This document shows positions 38,416-49,031 of a stretch of 53,602 nucleotides of DNA, piece after piece (the first letter of the stretch is position 1; each line of letters opens with the position of its first letter). The notes below the pieces were generated by a model. It did no database searches and had not been told where the DNA came from. It was given only the letters and a program-made list of their open reading frames with translations. The position numbers and the translations under genes are program-made. The stretch comes from Candidatus Aminicenantales bacterium. GTDB taxonomy: Bacteria; Acidobacteriota; Aminicenantia; Aminicenantales; Saccharicenantaceae. The stretch is taken from assembly GCA_049512315.1 (NCBI GenBank), contig JBEKXF010000007.1, positions 62,001 through 115,602 on the forward strand, given 5' to 3'.

Positions 38416-38510
38416 CTCCTTTACAATCATGGAAGGAGGAGCCGTTTCCCGCTCCTCCCTGTCGGTCGGAGGGCCTGGCCGCCGGGCTGTAGCACCTTCG
38501 ACTCGGAGCA
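38416..38510 (-). ncRNA. Probable Moco/Wco (tungsten cofactor) riboswitch
   Basis: 5' CUCCGAG; stem GUCG-AGG/CCU-CGAC; AGGG then GGAGGAGC-GGGAAACG-GCUCCUCC; 3' AAAGGAG (the SD pairs with 5' CUCC); upstream of the tup/moa operon. Confidence 0.75.
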
Positions 38511-38643
38511 TTCCAAGAAATACCATATCAGGCAGGGCAAGTAAAGACTCGGTATCTTAAGTCCGTGATTTTGACCCCGAAAGCGACGACTTAAGGCCAT
38601 AAAACAGCCCTAAATTTGCCCTATGTTATTTGTACAGTGATAC

Positions 38644-39645
38644 TTACTGAGGCCCGACCCCGTAAAAGGAGTCGATTACGGCCCGCCATTGCTCTTCGGT
38701 TCTGACGGCGACGAGGGCGTTCCGGAGCTCGGTCCGGCGGGGATGCACCTTGGCGTACTGGAGGCAGAAATGGCGCAGGATCTTGAGCCCGCGCCTGGGG
38801 TCGTAGACCTCCGAGGCCAGCCGGAAATGGCGGAGGATGAGATCGCGCTGCTCGTCGAGGCCCGGCTGTCGCGGCGGCCGGCCGTCGGCGAGGTCCCGCG
38901 CCTGTTCGAAAAACCAGGGGTTGCCGATGGCGCCGCGGGCCGCGGCGACGCCGTCGACGCCGGTCTCTTCGAGCATCCGCAGGGCATCGACCGGTGCATG
39001 GACGTCGCCCGAGCCGATGACCGTCCGGCCCTGGAACTCGCGCTTCACCAAGGCCATGAAGTCCCAGTCGGCCCGGCCCCGGTATTTCTGTTCGACGCTG
39101 CGGCCGTGGACGCAGATCGCCGCGGCTCCGGCCTCGAAAGCCCCCCGGGCGATGGCCCAAAAAGAGTCTCGCTTTTCGTCGGCCTCGGGGAAGGCGCGCC
39201 TGAGCTTGAGCGTGACGGGCACGTCCGGGACCGCTTCGAGCACGGCCCGGACGATGTCCAGGGCCAATCGCGGATCTTTCATCAGCGCGCCACCGCGGTT
39301 CCGGCTGATGACTTTCCTGACGGGGCAGGCGAAATTGAGGTCGACGACGTCAAAGCCCATCCCCCGGAGCGCGGCGGCCGCCCGGGCCATGGTTTCAGGG
39401 TCGTTGCCCATGATCTGGCCGGCGACCGGATGGTCGGCCGGGTCGAGACGGATGAGCCGCTTGCGGAGTTTGCCTTCGAGAAGCACTTGCTTGTCGAGCA
39501 TGGCCTCGGTCGCCGTGTAGGGAGCTCGACAGGAGCGGCAGATGAGCCTGTAGGGAAGGTCGGTGTAGCCGGCGAGGGCCGCCAGGACCACGGGAAAATC
39601 GACGGTGATCGCCCCGATCCGGAGCGGCTTGAACGCGGTCGTCAT
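38644..39645 (-). CDS. tRNA-dihydrouridine synthase (DusB-like)
   Basis: LAALAGYTD.PYR, DLNFACP, VTLK.R, VHGR, GSGD, ARG.IGNPW. Confidence 0.9.
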   Translation of the reverse strand: MTTAFKPLRIGAITVDFPVVLAALAGYTDLPYRLICRSCRAPYTATEAMLDKQVLLEGKLRKRLIRLDPADHPVAGQIMGNDPETMARAAAALRGMGFDVVDLNFACPVRKVISRNRGGALMKDPRLALDIVRAVLEAVPDVPVTLKLRRAFPEADEKRDSFWAIARGAFEAGAAAICVHGRSVEQKYRGRADWDFMALVKREFQGRTVIGSGDVHAPVDALRMLEETGVDGVAAARGAIGNPWFFEQARDLADGRPPRQPGLDEQRDLILRHFRLASEVYDPRRGLKILRHFCLQYAKVHPRRTELRNALVAVRTEEQWRAVIDSFYGVGPQ

Positions 39646-39715
39646 GGATGTCAGTATAGCTGTTCTTCCGGGCTTTTGGTATTGGCCATAGTGTTCTTGG
39701 CGTCTCGGCTACGCT

Positions 39716-39896
39716 CGGGTGACGGTTTCCGCCTCTCGTGACGTCGCGGACTCGGGGGGAGTCCCTCCGAAAAACGTGGGATTCCCCAGCGAGGAATCCC
39801 ACTCTGTGATCGCTCCGCTCTCCTCTCGCTCCACTCGAGGAACCGTGCCCGCGTCGCGCTCAATGTTTTCTCCTGGACGTCCCCCCCTGCGTCCGC
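39716..39896. other. Highly structured intergenic element with nested stems
   Basis: GTGGGATTCC/GGAATCCCAC hairpin inside an outer stem GCGGAC..GGGGGGAGTCC..AAAACGT / ATGTTTT..GGACGTCCCCCCC..GTCCGC. Confidence 0.55.
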
Positions 39897-39975
39897 TATT
39901 CTTAATAGTCCGAGGCATTGCATCAAGATCGAGATTGCCCTAATATGGCTTTTCTTAACATTATCGACGGAGAGC

Positions 39976-41175
39976 ATGATGGCAAAAAAGACCCGGCTCT
40001 TAATCGTTCTCGCCTCAGCGATGACCCTGGGCCTGACGCTTGTCGCCGCGGTTCCCCAGAAAGCGGCGTCGTCGCGGGCCTATGTCGGCCATGAAAACGA
40101 CCTGGATATCAACAACTTCATCCGGCAATACCAGAAGGCCGCGGGGACGCGGCTGGACGATTGTCAGACCTGTCACCGCGGCGGTGTCACGGGCACGGAC
40201 ACGGAGCGCGAATATAGCCCTTGCGGTTACTGCCATCTCCTTCAGTATCCCAATCCCAGGTACAAAACCGGCGTCCCGTCCGACTATGAGGCGACCCTGA
40301 ACGCCTACGGCCTGGCCTACGAGAACGCGGGCCGGACCGTCGAGGCCTTGGCCGAGATCGCGAAGCTCGACTCCGACGGCGACGGATTCGTCAACGACGC
40401 CGAGATCGCGGCTCTCTGCTATCCGGGAAACGCGGCCAGCCGGCCGGGCCAGACCCTGGCGCCGTTCGTCTCGCTCACATGGGACGAGATCCATGAACTC
40501 CCCGCCCAGAAGCAGTTCATGCTGATGAATACGACCAAGGAGCCGACCGACGATTATGTAACCTATACGGGCGTCAAGGTCGTGGACCTGCTGGCGGCGG
40601 CGGGAGTCGACCTCAAGGGCGTCGAGGGGATCACGGTCTTTGCCCCGGACGGATACAGCATCGATTATACGGTCGACGACGTGACGCGGCCGTTCCCCAA
40701 GGGATTCTTCTATGCCGCGCCGGCGGCGATCAAGGACAAAGATAAGGCGTTTGTAAAGTATCCGGAAAAGATTCCGCCCGCCGTCGCGGACGGCAGGGAG
40801 GTCCCCGCAGCCCCCTGGCTCGTGCTGGCCTTTGAGCGGGAGGGGAAGCCCCTGGATATCTCTTCGTATGAAAAGGGTACGGGCCGGTTGGCCGGCGAGG
40901 GTCCCTTCCGGCTGGTCAAGCCCCAGCGCGACCTCATGGGCGACCCCTCCAAGCCCGGGCGGCCCGATCGGTCATCGAAGGCCAAAGCTTTCGGCGACGG
41001 CTGGGATTTCAATCCCAAGATCGACCACAACGCCGGGGCCTGCGTCCGGGGCGCCTGCGTCATCCGGGTCAATCCCGTGCCCAAGGGATTCGAGGAATAC
41101 GACTGGAAGAATGGCTGGCCCCTCATCACGGACCGCTGGATCGTGATCTACGGCCGCGGCGTATCGAAGAGATAA
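39976..41175 (+). CDS. Exported diheme c-type cytochrome with GEGP motif
   Basis: Signal peptide, CQTCH and CGYCH, DSDGDG loop, YTGV...FAPDGYS, GEGPFRLV. Confidence 0.75.
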   Translation: MMAKKTRLLIVLASAMTLGLTLVAAVPQKAASSRAYVGHENDLDINNFIRQYQKAAGTRLDDCQTCHRGGVTGTDTEREYSPCGYCHLLQYPNPRYKTGVPSDYEATLNAYGLAYENAGRTVEALAEIAKLDSDGDGFVNDAEIAALCYPGNAASRPGQTLAPFVSLTWDEIHELPAQKQFMLMNTTKEPTDDYVTYTGVKVVDLLAAAGVDLKGVEGITVFAPDGYSIDYTVDDVTRPFPKGFFYAAPAAIKDKDKAFVKYPEKIPPAVADGREVPAAPWLVLAFEREGKPLDISSYEKGTGRLAGEGPFRLVKPQRDLMGDPSKPGRPDRSSKAKAFGDGWDFNPKIDHNAGACVRGACVIRVNPVPKGFEEYDWKNGWPLITDRWIVIYGRGVSKR

Positions 41176-41234
41176 GCTCTGAGAGGCCAGGCGGAGGAGG
41201 GTCCGGGGGGGATTCGCGTGAACGTCCAAGACTT

Positions 41235-42461
41235 CTATCTGGCGAGGCGGACGAGTGCTCGCAGGAGCAGGTTGGCACCCTTCTCAAGGTCGTCCCAGTC
41301 GATCCTCTCGGCCGGCGAATGGCTGACCCCGTCGGCGCAGGGGATGAAGATCATCCCCGAATCGCAGGCCGAAGCGAGGATCTGGGCGTCGTGGCCGGCG
41401 CCGCTCGTGAGCTTCATCGCCGGATAGCCGAGGGCCGCGCATTCCTCTTCCAGCATCCCGACAAGACGCGCGGCGACCGTCACCGGTGCCGTCTGGTCGA
41501 CAACCCGGGAAGCGAATCCGAGACCCCTCGTCGAGGCCACGTCCGCGGCGATCGAGAAAAGCTCGGACTCGAGCGCTTTGAGGGTTGCGGCGTCCGGGCT
41601 CCGGAATTCGAAGGTGAAATCGGCCCGGGCCGGGACGACACTGAAAACCCCCGGATGGAGGACGGCCCGGCCGACCGTCACCATGCTCCCGTAATGCCGG
41701 GTGGCGGCATGCTGGGTCGCCTTCAACGCGAAATCGGCAAGTCCAAGGAACGCGTCCTGCCGCAGTTCGAGAGGGGTCGTCCCGGCGTGGGCGGCCTGCC
41801 CGATGAACGAGCACTGCCGGTAATGCTTCCCGGCGATCCTCTCGACGATGCCGACGGGCAAGCCTTCATCTTCGAGGACAGCCCCCTGCTCGATGTGAAG
41901 CTCGAGATAGGCCTCAAGGTTCGGCCGCGTCTTGTGCGCTTCGAGGATCGTTTGGACGGAGAATTCCGTGCCCTTCAGGATGTCCTTGAGGGCGAGGCCG
42001 AAGGCCGTCCGGCCCTTCGCGATCTCGTCCTTGTCGAGGAGCCCCATGAACGCCCGGCTGCCCAGGAAATCGCCGACGAGATTGCCTTCCTCGTCCGTGA
42101 AGGAGGCGACCTCGAGGGGCCTCGTCATGGGAGCTCTTTCCTCTCGGATCCTCCGCAGACATTCCAGGGCCGCCAGGACGCCCGCGGCGCCGTCGAACAT
42201 CCCGCCACTGACGACGGTGTCGATGTGCGAGCCGGCCATGACGGTCTTCCCCGCTCCCTCGATACGGCCGAACTGGTTGCCGGCGCCGTCCTGCCGATAG
42301 AGGAGTCCGGCCGCCTCGATCCTTTTTCTGAGCCAGGCCCGGGCCTCGAGGTCGGCGGGGCTGAATGACGGACGGCTCACCCCGCCGCCCGGATCCCGGC
42401 CGATCCGGCCGAGCTCCTCGAGGTCGCTTCTTAACCGTTCGATGTTGACCCGGATGTCCAT
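41235..42461 (-). CDS. M20 Zn amidohydrolase (allantoate/N-carbamoyl-amino-acid hydrolase family)
   Basis: GSHIDTV..GG.FDG, DEEG, ELHIEQG, HAGTTP, SGAGHDAQ, SHSP.E. Confidence 0.9.
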   Translation of the reverse strand: MDIRVNIERLRSDLEELGRIGRDPGGGVSRPSFSPADLEARAWLRKRIEAAGLLYRQDGAGNQFGRIEGAGKTVMAGSHIDTVVSGGMFDGAAGVLAALECLRRIREERAPMTRPLEVASFTDEEGNLVGDFLGSRAFMGLLDKDEIAKGRTAFGLALKDILKGTEFSVQTILEAHKTRPNLEAYLELHIEQGAVLEDEGLPVGIVERIAGKHYRQCSFIGQAAHAGTTPLELRQDAFLGLADFALKATQHAATRHYGSMVTVGRAVLHPGVFSVVPARADFTFEFRSPDAATLKALESELFSIAADVASTRGLGFASRVVDQTAPVTVAARLVGMLEEECAALGYPAMKLTSGAGHDAQILASACDSGMIFIPCADGVSHSPAERIDWDDLEKGANLLLRALVRLAR

Positions 42462-42467
42462 GGATAC

Positions 42468-43181
42468 CTATTTTCCTAAGAGGGCGAGCATCTCCCGGAC
42501 AGCCTTCTTCACCCCGACCACGGCCGCCCTGGCGACAATGGAGAATCCGATCGAAAGCTCCGTCATCTGAGGGATGGCGATGATGGGCAGGACGTTCCTG
42601 TAATCAAGGCCGTGGCCGCCGTGGATCTCGAGGCCCTTCGACGCCCCGAACTCGGCCGCCCTCTGGATCACGGCGAGGGCTTGGTCCTGCACCTCGCCCG
42701 GCTTTGAATCCGCATATTTCCCCGTGTTGATCTCGATGAGGTCGACCCCAAGGTCCGCGGCCGCCCCGATCTCGCGGAGGTCCGGGTCGATAAAGATGCT
42801 GACACGAATGCCTGCCTTCTTGAGATCCCTGATATGCGGGCCGAGGCGTTTCGAGCTTCCGGCGACCTTCAGACCGCCCTCCGTCGTGAGCTCCTCGGGC
42901 CGCTCCGGGACGAGCGAGACGACGTCCGGCTTGATGTCCAGGGCGATCTTCTTCATTTCGTCCGTCGCGGCCATCTCGATGTTCAGCTTGGTTTTGACCG
43001 TGTCCCTAAGGAGGCGCAGGTCCCGCTCCTTGATGTGCCGCCGGTCGCCCCGGATGTGGCAGACGATGCCGTGGGCGCCCGCCTGCTCCGCGAGCAAGGC
43101 GACGAAAACGGGTTCCGGCTCCGTGCTTTTCCGGGCCTCCCGCAGGGTCGCGAAATGGTCGATATTGAGCGCGAGTCTCAT
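42468..43181 (-). CDS. pdxJ: Pyridoxine 5'-phosphate synthase
   Basis: NIDH.ATLR.AR, DRRHI, LVPE...ELTTEGGL, SIFIDP, GHGLDY; ATGA overlap with glmM. Confidence 0.95.
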   Translation of the reverse strand: MRLALNIDHFATLREARKSTEPEPVFVALLAEQAGAHGIVCHIRGDRRHIKERDLRLLRDTVKTKLNIEMAATDEMKKIALDIKPDVVSLVPERPEELTTEGGLKVAGSSKRLGPHIRDLKKAGIRVSIFIDPDLREIGAAADLGVDLIEINTGKYADSKPGEVQDQALAVIQRAAEFGASKGLEIHGGHGLDYRNVLPIIAIPQMTELSIGFSIVARAAVVGVKKAVREMLALLGK

Positions 43182-44551
43182 ATCTTCCTCCAAGTCGTTC
43201 TTGATTCCTCGCCCAGATGCTTCCGGACGGCCTCGGCCACGATCCGGGCGCAGGACTCGACGAGGCTTTGCTCCCTGGCCTCAACCATGACCCGGGCCAG
43301 GGGCTCCGTCCCCGAATAGCGGAGGTCGATCCGGCCCTCGTCCCCGAGCCGGTCCTGAACCGCCCGGAGGGCTTCCACGATCTCCGGGAACTCCCCGAAA
43401 TCGGGTTTGCGGGCGACGCGGACGTTGACCAGGATCTGGGGGTACTCCTTCATCTCCCGGACAAGGGCGGAGAGCGGCCGGCCGTGCCGGCCCATGGCCT
43501 CGAGCATTCTCAGGGACGTGAGGATGCCGTCGCCGGTCGGGAAATCGTCGAGGAAGATCGTGTGGCCGGACTGCTCGCCGCCGAGGTTCGCCCCGCGCCC
43601 CACCATCTCTTCATAGACGTACTTGTCGCCGACGCGCGTCCGGACCAGCCCGATCCCGGCTTTCTCGAGCGCTTTTTCGAGGCCCATGTTGCTCATGGTC
43701 GTGGCCACGACCGAACCCGACCTGAGCCGGCCGGAGTTTTTCATGTCCAAGGCCTGGACGAAAAGCGTGTGGTCGCCGTTCCTGACCCGGCCGCCTTCGT
43801 CTACCCAGACGGCCCGGTCCGCGTCGCCGTCGTAGGCGATCCCGAGCGCGGCCCCCACTTCGACGACCGCCCGGGCGAGTCCCTCCGGATGGAGCGAGCC
43901 GCAGTCCCGATTGATGTTCGTCCCATCGGGCGCCGCGTTAATCGAGGCGACCTCAAAACCGAGATCGCCCAGGACGCGCGGGGCGACGACGGAGCTCGCA
44001 CCGTTCCCGCAGTCGAGAAGGACCTTGAGCTTCTTCCCACCGCTTCCCGCGGACCCGAAGCGGCTCTTGAGATAGGCCGCGTATTCCTCCACAAGCTCCG
44101 GGTCGGGGACGACCGTCAGCGACCCGGGCTTTTTCTCTTCCCGGGTGCCGAGGATGGCCGTTTCGAGCTCCGCTTCCCAGTCGTCGGGGATCTTGACGCC
44201 CTGGTGCGAAAAGACCTTGATGCCGTTGTCCCGGAACGGGTTGTGGGAGGCCGAGATGACGATGCCCGCGGAGAACGTGTTCTTGCGTGCGAGATAGGAC
44301 ACGGCCGAGGTGGGGATGACGCCCGCGGTATCCGGCTCCCCCCCCGCTTCGAGGATCCCCTGGACGAGCGCCTTTTCCATCCACGGTCCCGATTCCCGGG
44401 TATCGCGCCCGATGAGGACGCGGGGTTCGAGCCCCTTCCCGCGGAGGAGGCGGACCAGGGCTCCGCCCAGGACACAGATGGAGGAATAGTCCAGGGGGTA
44501 TTGGCCGGCCACGGCCCGGATCCCGTCGGTCCCGAAGAGCTTCTGCGCCAT
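43178..44551 (-). CDS. glmM: Phosphoglucosamine mutase
   Basis: FGTDGIR, ISASHNP..DNGIK, DGDADR, GGEQSGH, SGTEP. Confidence 0.95.
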   Translation of the reverse strand: MAQKLFGTDGIRAVAGQYPLDYSSICVLGGALVRLLRGKGLEPRVLIGRDTRESGPWMEKALVQGILEAGGEPDTAGVIPTSAVSYLARKNTFSAGIVISASHNPFRDNGIKVFSHQGVKIPDDWEAELETAILGTREEKKPGSLTVVPDPELVEEYAAYLKSRFGSAGSGGKKLKVLLDCGNGASSVVAPRVLGDLGFEVASINAAPDGTNINRDCGSLHPEGLARAVVEVGAALGIAYDGDADRAVWVDEGGRVRNGDHTLFVQALDMKNSGRLRSGSVVATTMSNMGLEKALEKAGIGLVRTRVGDKYVYEEMVGRGANLGGEQSGHTIFLDDFPTGDGILTSLRMLEAMGRHGRPLSALVREMKEYPQILVNVRVARKPDFGEFPEIVEALRAVQDRLGDEGRIDLRYSGTEPLARVMVEAREQSLVESCARIVAEAVRKHLGEESRTTWRKI

Positions 44552-44564
44552 GGCCTGAGGACGG

Positions 44565-45266
44565 CTACTTTCTCCCCGGATTGCCCGCTTTCGAATTCCC
44601 CTTGTCCGCCTCGACCGTGACCGTGACTCGGACCGTCGTCCGGGAGGAAACGAGCCGGAGCTCGGGCTTGGGGAGGATGATGTCCACGTCGAATTCGGCC
44701 GTCTGGGCCAGGTTGGTGACGTCGACGGGCGCCGTCGTCACCGTATCCCGGGCCCTAACCTTGCTCTCCGGGCCGCGGACCTCGACCGCTTTCGGCAGGA
44801 CTTCGATCTTCGAGATCCGGAAGCCAGGGAGGACCTTGCCCCGGACCGAGGGGTGGACATCGAGGGTCGCTTCCTTGGTTAGCTCCAGCTTGATCAGGGC
44901 CTTGTTCGGCCTGACCTCGATGACGTCGGCCCCAGGCGGAAGCGAGATCATGGTCTTGTTGAGGGGATATTCCTGCTGGTAGACTGAGGCCCGCTCGAGA
45001 TTGAGCCGGGCCGTGACAGTGGACGGGCCGATCTCGTTGAGGATCCGGCTGGGGGCCCGGACCGTAATGTCGACCGTAAGCGTGGATTTTTCCACGATCT
45101 CCATGCCCTCGGGGGTATTCCGCGTTTCGAGGGGGATGGTCAGGGTCTTTTCCGAAAGGATCTTGTCCGCGGGCACGAGGATGAGCCAGAGGGCCAAGGC
45201 CAGGACGATGGAGACGAGCTTCAAGCCCCAATTCCGGACGACGAGCCCCTTCAGATAGTGTCTCAT
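44565..45266 (-). CDS. cdaR: CdaR/YbbR-domain regulator
   Basis: N.GLK..S..LA..LW anchor, YbbR-like repeats, located between cdaA and glmM. Confidence 0.85.
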   Translation of the reverse strand: MRHYLKGLVVRNWGLKLVSIVLALALWLILVPADKILSEKTLTIPLETRNTPEGMEIVEKSTLTVDITVRAPSRILNEIGPSTVTARLNLERASVYQQEYPLNKTMISLPPGADVIEVRPNKALIKLELTKEATLDVHPSVRGKVLPGFRISKIEVLPKAVEVRGPESKVRARDTVTTAPVDVTNLAQTAEFDVDIILPKPELRLVSSRTTVRVTVTVEADKGNSKAGNPGRK

Positions 45267-46036
45267 CGGTCCCTCAGGTACTGGATCAGGCGCTTCTGCG
45301 TCGCGTCGCTGTCCTCATATCTCTCTAGCCGCCCCTTGATGGCCAGGGAGACGTCGCCCGTCTCCTCCGAGATGACGATGACGGCCGCGTCGGTTTCCTC
45401 GGAGAGTCCGATCGCGGCGAGGTGCCGGGTTCGGGTTTGGAACGGGCTGGCCAGCTTGTGGGCCGCCGGGAGGGGCAGGAGGCAGCCCGCGGAGACGATG
45501 TGGTTCCCTTGGACGACGACCGCCCCGTCGTGGAGCGGGGAGTGGGGGAAGAAGATGCTCACGAGAAGGTCCTTGGACAGAAGGGCGTCGACCTTGACCC
45601 CGCGGTCGGCGTAGGTCGAGAGGGAGATCTCCTTCTCGATGGCGACCAGGGCCCCGATCCTCTTTTGGGACAGGTAATCGACGGCGAAGAACAGGTCCTC
45701 GAGCTTCTCCTGGAGGGACCTGAGGGCGAATGGCTTGCGGAAGGTCCGGGAGCCGATCCCCGCCAGGAACCTCCTGATCTCGCCCTGGAAGAGGACGATG
45801 ACGGCGATGATCATGTAATTGACGAAGGACCGGATGATCCTGTTCGAGACGCTCAGCCGGCCCCAGACCGTCAGGAGATAGATCGCCGCGATGAGCAGGA
45901 GACCGGAGGCCGCCTGGTACGCCCGTGTGTCCTTGATGAGGAGGAGGACGTAGTAGATGATGAAGGCGATGAGGCAGATATCGAGGATATCCAGCACCGT
46001 GGTGTGGCGGAGGATGGTCCCGATATTAGCAAGCAT
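45263..46036 (-). CDS. cdaA: Diadenylate cyclase
   Basis: 3 TM segments, FQ.EIRR.L, PLHDGA, TRH.AA.GLSE, ISEETG. Confidence 0.93.
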   Translation of the reverse strand: MLANIGTILRHTTVLDILDICLIAFIIYYVLLLIKDTRAYQAASGLLLIAAIYLLTVWGRLSVSNRIIRSFVNYMIIAVIVLFQGEIRRFLAGIGSRTFRKPFALRSLQEKLEDLFFAVDYLSQKRIGALVAIEKEISLSTYADRGVKVDALLSKDLLVSIFFPHSPLHDGAVVVQGNHIVSAGCLLPLPAAHKLASPFQTRTRHLAAIGLSEETDAAVIVISEETGDVSLAIKGRLERYEDSDATQKRLIQYLRDR

Positions 46037-46939
46037 GGGCCGCCTTCATGTCCTTCCCGCTTTTTTCGCCAGCGGACGGGCCCGCCGGCGCGGCGAGGAT
46101 GGCCTCCGCGACGCGGACGGCCCTGGCCACGGCCCCGACGTCGTGAACGCGCAGGATGTGGGCGCCCCGGCCGACGCTGAGGACGGCCGCCGCGATCGTC
46201 CCCTCGAGCCTCTCTCCGGGCGGCAGGCCCAGGACCCGGCCGATGAAGGCCTTCCGTGAGAAGCCGACACAGACGGGCCGGCCGAGGTCCTGGAAGGCGT
46301 CGAGCCCGTTGAGGAGGGCGAGGTTGTGCTCAGCGGTCTTCCCGAAACCAATCCCCGGGTCGACGACGATCCTCTCGGCCCCGATTCCGGCCGCTTCGGC
46401 TTCGCCGATCCTCTCGCGGAGAAACGCCTTGACCTCGGCGAAGAGGTCGTCGTAATGGGGAGATTTCTGCATGGTCCGCGGGACGCCCTTCATGTGCATC
46501 AGGATGACGGCCGCGCCGGAACGTCCGATGAGCGGCGCCATCGCCGGGTCGGCCCGGAGGGCGCTCGTGTCGTTGACGATGTCGGCGCCGGCGTCGAGCG
46601 CGGCCCGGGCCACGGCTGATTTCATGGTGTCGACGGAGACGAGGACGCCGGTTTTCGGCCTCAGCTTGCGGATGACGGGCAGGACCCGGCCGATCTCCTC
46701 CTCTTCGGCGACGGGAAGGGAGCCAGGCCGGCTGCTCTCGCCTCCGATGTCGAGGACGTCCGCCCCTTCGCAGGCGAGGGCGAGCGCGTGCTCGACGGCC
46801 CGGTCCGGGTCAAGAAAAGCGCCGCCGTCGGAGAAGGAGTCGGGGGTGACGTTGACGATCCCCATGAGCCAAGTCGCCGGGCCGAGTGAAAAACACCGCC
46901 CTCGGATGTCCAGGGTGCGGGTTCTTCTCTCCACGGTCC

Positions 46940-46943
<4 letters not shown>
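46026..46943 (-). CDS. folP: Dihydropteroate synthase
   Basis: [37 protein letters not shown]. Confidence 0.95.
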
Positions 46944-48832
<1,889 letters not shown>

Positions 48833-49031
48833 TTTTTATAGTCCTTTATCTCCATCATTCTAGCATGTTTTCGACCGTGAAAAAAGGGGACATGCCCCTG
48901 AGGCGCGGCGCCCCGCCTTGATGTCCGTATTGACGGCCGTGAAGGGGCGATGATATATCATTGGTCGTGTCTGGGAAGTTTCCGGGGGACGCGCATCTCG
49001 GGGACAAGTCTCATGCGAAGAAGGGGAGCCC

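Noticed and set aside
39651..39977. Short ORFs across the dus-diheme intergenic region
   Set aside because: No RBS or coding-like composition; better explained as promoters plus a structured element
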